From Microthrixaceae bacterium (GTDB lineage: Bacteria > Actinomycetota > Acidimicrobiia > Acidimicrobiales > Microtrichaceae), in the NCBI GenBank assembly GCA_041394325.1, contig JAWKIJ010000001.1, forward strand, positions 1,381,096-1,445,095: a DNA stretch of 64,000 bases. Reading direction: 5' to 3'. Below, piece after piece: positions 1 to 9,525 of this stretch. The position numbers and the translations under genes are program-made. The notes under the pieces are model-generated. The model saw only the letters and a list, made by a program, of their open reading frames with translations, was not told where the DNA came from and did not search any database. The first letter of the stretch is position 1. The number at the start of each line of letters is the position of its first letter.

Positions 1-199
1 TCCACTCGTGGGAGTTCTGCGCGTAGACGCCGACGTGGTCGCCGGGGCCGACGCCACGTTCCGCGAGGGCGTGAGCGATGCGGTTCGACGCGGCGTCGAG
101 CTGAGCGAACGTCTGACGGGACCTGCGGTCGACCAGCGCGATCCGGTCGGGCACCGCATCGGTGATGTGCTCGTACAGGTCCGCGATGTTGTAGGCCAT
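1..199 (-). CDS. AMP-dependent acyl-CoA synthetase/ligase (FadD-like), 5' end only; gene continues past window start
   Basis: Edge-truncated, so absent from the ORF track. Minus strand from ATG (199-197) reads MAYNIADLYEHITDAVPDRIALVDRRSRQTFAQLDAASNRIAHALAERGVGPGDHVGVYAQNSHEW, a typical FadD N-terminus. A KstR-type palindrome lies about 12 nt upstream. Confidence 0.7.
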   Translation of the reverse strand, partial: MAYNIADLYEHITDAVPDRIALVDRRSRQTFAQLDAASNRIAHALAERGVGPGDHVGVYAQNSHEW

Positions 200-208
200 G
201 CCCGAAAT

Positions 209-224
209 CTAGAACATGTTCTCG
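209..224. promoter_or_regulatory. KstR-type operator palindrome, site 1 (CTAGAACATGTTCTCG)
   Basis: Perfect 12-bp palindrome AGAACATGTTCT (211-222) fits the mycobacterial KstR motif TnnAACnnGTTnnA. It lies between the FadD-like start (199) and the stop of the upstream gene (233). One of four near-identical sites in the window. Confidence 0.6.
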
Positions 225-232
225 TTGGCCGT

Positions 233-1983
233 TCAGGTGGCCGGGGCCTTCTTCGCGGCCGCCTTCCTCGCGGGGGCCTTCTTGGTGGGGGCCTTCGCGG
301 TCGCCTTCCTCGCGGGGGCCTTCTTGGTGGGGCCTTCGCGGTCGCCTTCTTCGCCGGGGTCGCAGCAGGCGATCGCGTCGGGCGACGTACGCGGCGGCGC
401 GGGCTTCGCTCGTTCCTCGAGCACCTCCTTCGCGGTGCTGCGACGGAGCATCGGCTTGGAGGACTCGTCGATCCGCTCGTGGTCTTTCGCGCCGGCGGCC
501 CCCTCGATCCCCGACCTTTCGATCCCCGGCTCGATGCGGACCGGCGTTGCGTCGACGTCGACGCCGAGCGATCCTCGGCGATCTCGCCGAGCCCCGCAGC
601 CACCAGCAACTCGTCGAAGGCCACCCGGACATGGTCGGCGAGGGACCAGACGTCGGGCACGAGATGCGGATCGACCATGAAGCCGAAGTCCACCGAGTCC
701 CGGTAGCTCAGCACCGTGACGTTGAGGCCGACACCCTCCATGATCGGACCCATCGGATACGCCGCGACGAGTTCGGCACCGGCCAGATACAGCGGGAAGG
801 GGGGTCCGGGCACGTTGGAGATGACGAGGTTGTGGATCGGCCGGTGGTGGTCGGCCAGGTTCATCCCCGAGTACAGCCGTGACGCGATGGCGAACGTCCG
901 CGGCGCCGCATACTCACCCCAGTCGGTGAGCATCCGTGCGCCGAGCGCGTTGTGCTCGACCTTGGCCCCCGCCGTCGACGCGGCGATGGTCCGCAACCGC
1001 TCGAGCGGGTCGTCCACGTCGGTGGCGAGCGACGTGAACATCGCCGACACCCGGTTGCCGAGCTGGCCGGACTCCTCGTCGGTGCGAACCGAGACCGGGC
1101 ACACCGAGATCAGCGAATCGTCGGGGAGCGCGTCCTGTGAGTCGAGGTAGCGCCGCAACGTGCCCGAGGTGATCGCAAGGATCACGTCGTTGACCTTTAC
1201 GTCGAGGGTCTTGGCCAGCCTCTTGACGTCGGCAAGCGGCAGCCGGGCGAACGACACCTTTCGGGCGCCGGAGATCGCGCCGTTCCACGGCGCCCGCGGG
1301 GCGGTGAGCGGCGTCGCACCGACCTTCCCCTCGGGGTTGCGGCGATTGTTGATCACCGTTGCGACGCTCTGCGCCGTACGCGCCACCAGGGGGACCATGT
1401 CCCGTCCGCGTCGGAGTTTGGACAACAGGGCGTAGCCGACGAGTTCGACGTCACTCGGGACGGCCTCGGCCTCGCTGGGCTCGATCGGAGGACGGGGCGG
1501 TGGTGACGGTTCGAGGTCGTACAACTCGGTCATGATCTCGGCCCCCGACGCACCGTCGATGGCCGAGTGATGGACCTTTGCCACGAAGCCGATCCGGTTC
1601 TGCTTCAGTCCCTCGATGACCCAGACCTCCCACAGCGGGCGTGTCCGGTCGAGGGGGATCGACGCGATCCGTGCCGCGACCTCGGCCAGTTCGCGTCGCC
1701 CGCCGGGGGCGGGGGCCGCGATGTGGCGGATGTGGTAGTCGGCTTCGAAGTGGGGGTCCTCGATCCACACCGGATGGTTGAGTTGGAAGGGCACCTCCGC
1801 GAGACGGCGGGTGAACGCCGGGATTCGATGGAACCGGCTCATGATGTGGTCTCGGAAGGCCTCGAACGAGTAGCCGTCCGGCATCGTCGAGGTGTCGTAG
1901 ATCCCGGTCATCGCGACGTGCATGTGTGCCGTCGGCGTCTCCAGGTACAGAAATGTGGCGTCCACGCCCGACAGTCGCTGCAT
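233..1983 (-). CDS. wax ester synthase/diacylglycerol acyltransferase (WS/DGAT); 3' end unresolved (frame change, Lys/Ala/Pro-rich tail)
   Basis: Minus frame from ATG 1983 (GAGGAGG just upstream) reads MQRLSGVDATFLYLETPTAHMHVAM...KVHHSAIDGASGAEIM (HHxxxDG motif)...NVPGPPFPLYLAGAELVAAYPMGPI. This frame stays open to the window edge, so it is missing from the track. A frame change near 560-600 and/or in the 41-bp repeat copy is needed to reach TGA 235-233. The core 600-1983 is secure; the 3' end is not. Confidence 0.8.
261..343. repeat. 42-bp/41-bp direct tandem repeat, 2 copies plus partial flanks
   Basis: 261-302 (gccttcctcgcgggggccttcttggtgggggccttcgcggtc) recurs at 303-343 with one G fewer (G5 versus G4 run). 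On the minus strand it encodes KKAPARKATAKAPT-type units. Confidence 0.85.
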
Positions 1984-2054
1984 GGTTCCTCCTCGCCACC
2001 ACCATCACGGCGGTTTCGTTGCGCACCGTACCCGCGGCGTCACAGGATGGTCCC

Positions 2055-3287
2055 ATGAAGTCGAACCTCATCTGGTCGCTCGTCCGGCTCGGGGTCGTGG
2101 GAAATGCACGAAAGCCGGCGATCCGGAACCGTGCGCTCACGATTCCGTCGTTCTTCGCCGGCTGGATCGCGACCGAGGGCGCCGTCCCGCTCGCCGTACT
2201 CCACGCCGCACGCTCCGTTCGCAACGCTCGCCGAGGTGCATACCGTGGCCGGGAGGGCCGGGTTGCCGCGGCCACCGACCTCGTGACCCTCGGCGGGCTC
2301 TCCAAGCTCGTGTTGGACGCACGACGGACCGACGACGAGTTCGTCGAGGCGCTCTCGCCGTACCTCGGTGCGGAGGAGCTGGCCGAACGGCCCCGTACCG
2401 TGCGCTACGGGGCTGCGTTGCCCGTCGTGACCGGCGGCCGGACCACCGTTCGGGAGCGTCGGATCGGCTACGTGCCCGACGCTCATTGGCGCAACATGTT
2501 GGACGTCTACCTGCCCAAGGCGTCACCTGCCCCGACCGGTGCAGACGGCACCCCGCTCCGCCGCCCGGCGATCGTGGAGATCCACGGTGGCGGTTGGGTC
2601 GTGGGCAACAAGGACCAGCAGGGCGTGCCGTTGTTGCACCACATGGTTCGGCAGGGTTGGGTCGGCTTCAACATCAACTACCGGCTTGCGCCCCGGTCGC
2701 GGTTTCCGACCCAGCTCGTCGATTGCAAGCGGGCCCTCGCCTACATACGGGCCAACGCCGACCGCTTCGGCATCGATCCGGATTTCGTCTGCGTCACCGG
2801 CGGCTCCGCGGGAGGCCACCTCTGCGCGCTCGTGGCACTCACCGCCAACGATCCCGAGTTCCAACCGGGCTTCGAGGACGCCGACACCACCGTCGCCGCG
2901 GCCGTGCCCTTCTACGGCGTGTACGACCTGGCCGACGAGGAGGGGGTGATGGTCGATGGTTTCGTCAAGTTCATCGAGCAGGTCGTCGTCGGGTCGAAGT
3001 TCGCGGGTGACGAGGAGCGGTGGCGCCGCTACTCACCGGTCAACCGGGTTCGGGCCGATGCGCCGCCGACGATGATCGTCCATGGGTCCGTCGACACGCT
3101 CGTACCCGTCGAGCAGGGCCGCACGTTCGCGAGGCGGATGGCCGAGACGTCCGAGCACGCGGTGGTCTACGCGGAACTGGCCGGCGCGAACCATGCCTTC
3201 GACATCTTCCCGTCCACCCGCTCGCTCCGTACCGTCGAGTACGTGGAGCGCTTCCTCACGGGGGTGCGCGAGGGTCGGATCAAGTGA
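2055..3287 (+). CDS. alpha/beta hydrolase, esterase/lipase (HSL-like)
   Basis: Track ORF 1926-3287. Start moved to ATG 2055 (MKSNLIWSL) to avoid overlap with the divergent WS/DGAT. Carries HGGGW oxyanion motif (EIHGGGWVVG), GGSAGG nucleophile elbow and a C-terminal HAFD. Confidence 0.8.
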   Translation: MKSNLIWSLVRLGVVGNARKPAIRNRALTIPSFFAGWIATEGAVPLAVLHAARSVRNARRGAYRGREGRVAAATDLVTLGGLSKLVLDARRTDDEFVEALSPYLGAEELAERPRTVRYGAALPVVTGGRTTVRERRIGYVPDAHWRNMLDVYLPKASPAPTGADGTPLRRPAIVEIHGGGWVVGNKDQQGVPLLHHMVRQGWVGFNINYRLAPRSRFPTQLVDCKRALAYIRANADRFGIDPDFVCVTGGSAGGHLCALVALTANDPEFQPGFEDADTTVAAAVPFYGVYDLADEEGVMVDGFVKFIEQVVVGSKFAGDEERWRRYSPVNRVRADAPPTMIVHGSVDTLVPVEQGRTFARRMAETSEHAVVYAELAGANHAFDIFPSTRSLRTVEYVERFLTGVREGRIK

Positions 3288-5266
3288 GCGACGATCCACT
3301 CTGGACGCCGTCTCCCGATGTCGCGACATCCTGCGCGATGGGTCGGCTCATCGATGAGAGCGGCCTGGACGGCTACCCGGCGCTTCATCGATGGTCGGTG
3401 GAGCACCCCGACCGGTTCTGGGCCGAGGTGTGGGACCGCTGCGGAGTACTCGGCGACCGCGGCACGGTGATCCTCGACGGGTCGGGCGGCGTCGACTGGA
3501 CCGACGTGCGCTTCTTCCCCGACGCCCGGCTCAACGTCGCCGAGAACATCCTCGACGGCCGTGGTGCCGACGACGACACCATGTTCGTCGAGGTGGGTGA
3601 ACCACGCGACGGCGGTACGACTCCCGTGGTGCGCGAGTTCACCCGTGGTGAGGTGCGGCGCGAGGTCGCCGCGTTCGCACGGGCCCTGACCGGCGTGGGG
3701 GTGGCTGCGGGCGACCGCGTCGCCGCGTGGATGCCCAACGTCGCGGAGACGGCCATCGCCATGTTGGGGGCGGCGGCGATCGGCGCGGTGTTCGTATCGA
3801 CGTCGCCCGATTTCGGGGTCGACGGGGTGCTCGACCGCTTCGGCCAGGTCGAACCGGTGGTGCTGGTCGTGGCCGACGGCTACCGCTACGGCGGTAAGCG
3901 GCTCGATTGCCTCGACCGCCTCGAAGCCATCCGGCCGGAGTTGGCGTCGCTGCGACGGGTGGTGCTTGTGGGTGACCTCGACGGCCGGGGAGCGCCACCA
4001 CAAGGCGTCGACCGGATCGCCGACGCCCGGAGCTGGGACGACTTCGTCGGCCCACATCGTGGTGGTGCCCTCGCCTCCTTCGAGCGCTTCGGGTTCGACC
4101 ATCCCTGGTACGTGCTGTTCAGCTCGGGGACCACCGGCGTGCCCAAGTGCATCGTGCACCGCGCCGGAGGGGTGCTGCTCCAACACCTCAAGGAGCACCA
4201 GTTCCACTGCGACATCCGACGTGGTGACCGGGTCGCCTACTACACGACGTGTGGCTGGATGATGTGGAACTGGCTGATGTCGGTGCCGGCGTCGGGCGCC
4301 GCGGCGGTCCTGTACGACGGCTCCCCGTTCCACCCCGGCCCCGAGGTCTTGCCGAGCCTGGTCGACCGGCTGGGCATCACGTTCCTGGGGATCTCCGCGA
4401 AGTACCTCGACTCGCTTCGCAAGGCCGGGGTGTGCGCCCGGGAGGTCGCGCCGATGCCCACGCTCCGCTCGATGGCCTCCACCGGTTCGCCGCTGTCGCC
4501 GGAGACCAACGAATGGGCGGTGCGAACCTGGCCCGAGGGCACACACCTCGCGTCGATCTCGGGCGGCACCGATCTGTGCTCATGCTTCGTGCTGGGAGAT
4601 CCGACGTCGCCGGCCTATCCCGGCGAGCTGCAACGACCGGGCCTGGGCATGGCGGTCGAGGTGGTCGGACCCGACGGCACACCGGTGGGGGTGGGCGAGC
4701 GAGGTGAGTTGGTGTGCACCCGACCGTTCCCCTCCCGGCCGCTCGGGTTCTGGGGTGACGACGACGGGTCGCGCTATCGCGGTGCCTACTTCGACAAGTG
4801 GCCGGGGGTATGGGCACACGGCGACTTCGCGTCGTGGACCCCCCACGGCGGCATGGTCCTCCACGGTCGCAGCGACACGACGCTGAACCCCGGTGGGGTG
4901 CGCATCGGCACAGCGGAGATCTACCGTCGAGTCGAAGAGATCCCCGAGGTGGTCGAGAGCCTGGTGTTCGGCCAAGAGGTCGACGACGACACCCGGATCG
5001 TGCTGTTGGTCCGGCTCGCGGACGGGGCCACCCTCGACGACGACCTGGTCGAGCGCGTCAAGCGGACCATCCGCCTGGGCTGCACACCGCGGCACGTCCC
5101 CGCAGTGGTGGCGGCGGTCGCCGACCTGCCGAGGACGCGCTCGGGCAAGTTGGCCGAGTTGGCGGTCAGCGACGCGGTCAACGGCAGGCCGGTGCGCAAC
5201 ACCTCCGCGCTTGCCAACGCCGAGGTGCTCGACGACATCGCCGCATTGGCCGCACTCCGCGTCTGA
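3284..5266 (+). CDS. acetoacetyl-CoA synthetase (acetoacetate-CoA ligase)
   Basis: Track ORF 3020-5266. GTG 3284 overlaps the upstream stop (GTGA). N-terminus DPLWTPSPDV...HPDRFWAEVW, AMP-binding motif FSSGTTGVPKCIVH, about 660 aa as expected for this family. Confidence 0.85.
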   Translation: MSDDPLWTPSPDVATSCAMGRLIDESGLDGYPALHRWSVEHPDRFWAEVWDRCGVLGDRGTVILDGSGGVDWTDVRFFPDARLNVAENILDGRGADDDTMFVEVGEPRDGGTTPVVREFTRGEVRREVAAFARALTGVGVAAGDRVAAWMPNVAETAIAMLGAAAIGAVFVSTSPDFGVDGVLDRFGQVEPVVLVVADGYRYGGKRLDCLDRLEAIRPELASLRRVVLVGDLDGRGAPPQGVDRIADARSWDDFVGPHRGGALASFERFGFDHPWYVLFSSGTTGVPKCIVHRAGGVLLQHLKEHQFHCDIRRGDRVAYYTTCGWMMWNWLMSVPASGAAAVLYDGSPFHPGPEVLPSLVDRLGITFLGISAKYLDSLRKAGVCAREVAPMPTLRSMASTGSPLSPETNEWAVRTWPEGTHLASISGGTDLCSCFVLGDPTSPAYPGELQRPGLGMAVEVVGPDGTPVGVGERGELVCTRPFPSRPLGFWGDDDGSRYRGAYFDKWPGVWAHGDFASWTPHGGMVLHGRSDTTLNPGGVRIGTAEIYRRVEEIPEVVESLVFGQEVDDDTRIVLLVRLADGATLDDDLVERVKRTIRLGCTPRHVPAVVAAVADLPRTRSGKLAELAVSDAVNGRPVRNTSALANAEVLDDIAALAALRV

Positions 5267-5401
5267 TCGATCCCGGTGTCGGGACAGCGGTCGGTCGGCC
5301 GGTTGGCCGTCGGGGCGCGGTCGGGCCCCTCGGCACAGCACTGCTCGGGTGACGGGTGATCGGGGGCTCGGGGGGCTGGTGATCGATGGCCGGTTGCGGG
5401 G

Positions 5402-6632
5402 TCAGGGTCCGGCTCGCTGTGGATCGGTTGGTAGTCGGCCGTGTTGTTGGCCGGTGAGGGTGTGGCCGTGTGGTGTGGTGATGGTGGTCCGGCCGTGGGT
5501 GTCGATGGTGGTGCCCGAGCCGTGTCGGTGGATGACTCCGTGGTGGTGTCGGCAGAACAGTGCCATGTGCGCGACGTCGGTACGGCCCAGATCGCGGGTC
5601 CAGTGATCGATGTGGTGTGCGTCGCAGTGTTGGGGTGGCCGGTCGCATCCTGGGAAGCAGCATCCGCCGTCGCGTAACGCCAGGGCGCGGCGTTGCGCCT
5701 GGTTCGCCAAGCGGATCTGTCGTCCCATGTCGAGGGGCACACCCAGCGAGTTGACGATCACGGGATGCAACCGGAGATCACACGCCAGCGCACCCGGATC
5801 GCGGCGAGTCCCGTACCGGTCCGCCACGACTTCTGCTTCTTCGGCGGGGATGACCAGCGTTGCCTCCGCGCCCGGCGACGGTGCGTCGGGTTCGGGATTG
5901 CCCGCAGCTCGTCGGCAGATCTCGACGAGCGCCAAGGCGCAATGTCGCCCGCGACGGGATGTCGACCGCGCCGTCGGTCGCGGTGTGGTCGTCGCGGTAG
6001 CGCCGCCAGAGTTCGTCGGTCACCGACTCGATGACATGTTCGGTGACGAGACCGTGTTCCCCGCAGAGTTGCCCGTCGAAGAACACGTTGTCACCCGTCG
6101 AGCGCATCCGGAGCCGGTTGGTTTCGATGTCGTCGGCGGGGTTGTGGCCGCCGTCCTGGTCCAACAGGTCGGCGATCGCGAAGACCTCGCGGCGCCACCG
6201 GTCGAACACCATCACCGGCACCAGGCTCAACAACATCTCTTGCATCTCGGCGAACGCGGTTTCGATCCGAGGGTTGCACGCTCTCGCCATGACCTGGGCG
6301 TGGTCGAACCCGATCCGCCCGTCCGCCAACGCCGCCGCGGTTTGATCGAGCACCCGCCGCAACGTGCACGCGACCGACACGCGCATTCCAGCGGTATGCG
6401 GTGACACGCCCGCTTCACGCGACAGCCAGCCTTTGGTGCGCAACCCGTGGTGACGGTCGGTCGCGTCACGGGAGTGCAGTTCGGCCAACAGGGCGCACTC
6501 CGCCGCGTCCAGCCTCGCCCGCGCCTGTTCGAGGCCCACCACCCCGTCGAACAGTTCGGCGTCGCTCAACGACGACGCGTCGAGCGCCGCAACATGGGAG
6601 GCTTGCTCCGCCAACAGCACCGAATCGAACAT
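5402..6632 (-). pseudogene. DUF222 / HNH endonuclease (REP13E12-like family), one frame break near 5935
   Basis: ORF 5778-6677 (from MFDSVLLAEQASHVAALDASSLSDAELFDG...) gives the DUF222 N-terminus. ORF 5402-5935 gives ALVEICRRA...CCFPGCDRPPQHCDAHHIDHW...FCRHHHGVIH (HNH). The two halves are in different frames. Confidence 0.8.
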
Positions 6633-6722
6633 GCGTTCATCATCCCACGGACCCCTGACAGTCGGAATCGATCGCACTGCTCGGAGCCTTGGTCGGTGGC
6701 CGCCGACGGCGGTCCGGCAGGG

Positions 6723-7517
6723 CTACTCCGAGCGTCGCGCCGTGATCGCGGCGCGGGCGTCGTCGGGGTCCTCGAGGCGGCCGGCACGGTTCTCCTCGAG
6801 GAGCCAGCGCAGCAGTCGACCCATCTCGGGTCCACGGGGTACGCCCAACTCGGCCAGGTCGTTGCCGTCGAGCACGGGTCGCTCGGCGCGGCGGGCGTCC
6901 TCGATCAGCAGGTCGTCACTGCGGGTCGTGAGCGCGTCGACGGCCTGGTGCACCCGGCGGTGCACATGCGCGTGCTTCGACGTGACGTCGGAATGTGCCA
7001 GACGAATCGCACCATCCCAGCGGTCGCCGGCATCGTGGCGGATACGACGGACCGACGAATCGGTCCAGGAGTCGTCATAGGACTGCGCCCGCGCCGCGAC
7101 GAAGATCGTGGTGACGATCGGTTCGGGGTCGATGCCCCACTCCTTGCAGCGACGGCGTACCAGACGCGCCCCGACGACCTCGTGGCCGTGGAAGCTCACC
7201 TGGCCGCGGTCCACCCGGCGGGTCGTCGGCTTGCCCACGTCGTGGAACAGGGCGGCCAACAGTGTCGTGTCGTCGGTCTCACCGCACTGGTCGATCACCT
7301 TCACGGTGTGGACGAAGTTGTCCTTGTGGAGATCGCCCATGGGATCGTCCGACAGGGCCTTCAACGCCCACACCTCCGGAAGCGCCTCGCGATGCTCCTC
7401 CAGAAACGTCGTCAACGGTCCGGGCCCGCTTCGGAGGGCGACCACCAACCCGTCGAGAACGGGATCGATGCGGTCGGGTTCGCCGCCGGGGATGCTGCCG
7501 GTGTTCGCGGAGGTCAC
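6723..7517 (-). CDS. HD-domain protein resembling the C-terminal half of CCA-adding/poly(A) polymerase enzymes
   Basis: ORF 6723-7670; GTG 7517 preferred as start. Carries LAALFHDVGKP (HD motif) and FHGHEVVG, with a C-terminal RNA-binding-like region. The N-terminal boundary is uncertain. Confidence 0.6.
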   Translation of the reverse strand: MTSANTGSIPGGEPDRIDPVLDGLVVALRSGPGPLTTFLEEHREALPEVWALKALSDDPMGDLHKDNFVHTVKVIDQCGETDDTTLLAALFHDVGKPTTRRVDRGQVSFHGHEVVGARLVRRRCKEWGIDPEPIVTTIFVAARAQSYDDSWTDSSVRRIRHDAGDRWDGAIRLAHSDVTSKHAHVHRRVHQAVDALTTRSDDLLIEDARRAERPVLDGNDLAELGVPRGPEMGRLLRWLLEENRAGRLEDPDDARAAITARRSE

Positions 7518-7573
7518 GGTCGTCGTCTCTGGTGGGGTTCGCCTGACGGGGGTGACGGCGGAGGCGACATTGT

Positions 7574-8549
7574 TCAACGGCTTGCCGGTCCGGGTCCATT
7601 CGGCCCTCGGGGACGGTCTAGCCGCTCGAGAAGCGTCGGGAGTTCGGTGGGGTGTTCGATGGCCGCCCACCGTGCACCCACCGACGCCGCGAAGGCCTCT
7701 GCGTCCTCGGTGTCCCCCTTCGGTGCGAGCACGACAAGATCGGCGATGGCGGCCAGTCGTGTCGCTGCCTCGGCCGGGTCGGGTCCACTGGTCGACCGGC
7801 AGTCCGACAACAACAGCACCCGACGATCCCTCGCCGTCGAACGACCCAGCTGCCGGTAGGCCTCACCGAGCGCTGCGGAAAGGTCGGTGGTCCCGTGGCG
7901 CGCAGCGACAGTAGAGCGCCGGTGACGGCGTCGCCGATCCCGCCCTGGGGGCGCAGCACCATCACCTCCCGCGAAGGCGAGCACCGACGAGTCGGTCGGA
8001 GCCCGAGAGGCCACTGCGGCCGCGGCGATCGCGGCGGTGGCGACCCGGTTGCCCGACATCGACCCCGACCGGTCGACCAGCAGGCACCATGCGGTCGATG
8101 CACCGCGCCAACGCTCGACCACCAGCTCTTCGATGTCCGGTGCCCGACCCCGGGCGTGCCGACAACACCGCATCGAGACTGGCATCGAGGTCCACGTCGC
8201 CCTCGCCGCGGCCGCGGGTCAGGTGGTCGACGCGTCGCCGGTGCCGGGGGCGTGGTGCGTGAGCCGGAGCACCAGACGCGCGGCGAGACGCCGGGCGAGC
8301 GCGGCGAGCACCGGGTCGGTCGCGTTGGCGGCCTCCGCAAGCAGTTCGAGCAGCGTGTCGGGATCGTCGTCGAACGACTGCTCGACGGCGTCGGGATCGA
8401 GCTCGCCGACCTCGGGGCTCAGGCGGCCGAACGTCGGGTTGCGTTCGAGTTCCTTGCGCGAGACCGTTCGACGCCCCGCCTCGGCGACGGCCCGGACCAC
8501 GTCGTCGCCTTCGAGGACGTCGGGTGTGCCGCCCGGAGGCGTCAGCCAT
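7574..8549 (-). pseudogene. VWA-domain protein, MoxR partner, broken by at least 4 frame changes
   Basis: Family-like peptides are spread over three frames. They are TPDVLEGDDVVRAVAEAG...LAARLVLRL (ORF 8219-8677), LTRGRGEGDVDLDASLDAVLSA (ORF 7962-8726) and APDIEELVVERWRGASTAWCLLVDRSGSMSG (ORF 7574-8185). Further pieces are REVMVLRPQGGIGDAVTGALLSLRATG (ORF 7618-8340) and TTDLSAALGEAY...VLLLSD (ORF 7574-8185). The start is uncertain. Confidence 0.55.
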
Positions 8550-9486
8550 ATCCCGGATCGTCCTCCCCGGACGCACCGGGTGCGGTCCCGTCCTCTTCGT
8601 CGGAGGGGTGCCCGTCCGGACCGCCGAACCATCGCCACCACAACTCGTCGACCACGTCGGCTCCGCTGCGGCCACATCCGTCACGCACGCCGACCCGACC
8701 CGACAGGGCGAGCTGTGCGGCGTCACGGGTGACCGACGGCTCGGTCGGTGCGCAGTCGCGCAACACCGCCAGCTCCGCGGCGACCATCACGAGGTCGATC
8801 GCTCCGCGTACCGACGAACCGGTTGCCAGGTCGGGATGCTCGCGCGTCGCGCGCACCATCGACGTGGCCGACAGGACGAACCCCGGTCCGAGGGTGCGGG
8901 CCGCGTCGGTGGCCTGGCGTGCAACCACCGCGAGCTCGTCGTCGAGGCTCTGATAGTCCACGGCGAGCCGGCACACCCGGTCGTAGACCGCGCCGGCGAT
9001 TCGGGCGGTGCCCACCGCGTCGAACGGGTTCATCGCCGCGACAAGCCGGAAGCCGTCCGAGGCGCGCACCGATCCGAGGCGGGGGACCTCGATCGCCGCC
9101 TCGCTCATCACCGAGATCAGGACGTTCAACGTCTCCTCGGGGATGCGGTTGAGCTCCTCCACATACAGCAGCGCCCCGTCGCGGAGGGCCCGGACGAGGG
9201 GGCCGTCGAGGAAGGTCGCGGCGGAATACCCGCGCTCGATCACCGCGGAGGGGTCGAAGGTGCCGACGAGCCGGCCGGGGGTCAGCTCGGCATTTCCCTC
9301 GACGAACACGAATCCCCGACCCGACGCGGTCGCGACCGCGCGCAGCAAGGTCGACTTTCCGGTACCGGGAGGACCCTCCAGTACGAGGTGTCGACCCGCG
9401 GCGAGCGCGGCGACGACCTGCTCGATCTCGGCGCGTCGCCCGACGACGGTTCGACCGAGCGCGTCGACGAGATCGGCTGAGGTCAA
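8542..9486 (-). CDS. AAA+ ATPase, MoxR family
   Basis: ORF 8542-9486. Walker A LEGPPGTGKS, Walker B LLYVEELNR, and the typical MoxR C-terminal helical region. Confidence 0.9.
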   Translation of the reverse strand: MTSADLVDALGRTVVGRRAEIEQVVAALAAGRHLVLEGPPGTGKSTLLRAVATASGRGFVFVEGNAELTPGRLVGTFDPSAVIERGYSAATFLDGPLVRALRDGALLYVEELNRIPEETLNVLISVMSEAAIEVPRLGSVRASDGFRLVAAMNPFDAVGTARIAGAVYDRVCRLAVDYQSLDDELAVVARQATDAARTLGPGFVLSATSMVRATREHPDLATGSSVRGAIDLVMVAAELAVLRDCAPTEPSVTRDAAQLALSGRVGVRDGCGRSGADVVDELWWRWFGGPDGHPSDEEDGTAPGASGEDDPGYG

Positions 9487-9525
9487 GGATCCGCTGAAGG
9501 GGTGGACGGGGGGGCTCGGCGGTGG

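Noticed and set aside
8-706. Plus-strand ORFs 8-706, 216-680, 547-882 and 716-1150 at the window start.
   Set aside because: They are antisense to the FadD-like N-terminus and the WS/DGAT gene, both of which show unmistakable family sequence on the minus strand.
1451-2305. 284-aa minus-strand ORF overlapping the WS/DGAT 5' region and the hydrolase start.
   Set aside because: It is Arg/Pro-rich and out of frame with the genuine WS/DGAT sequence that starts at 1983.
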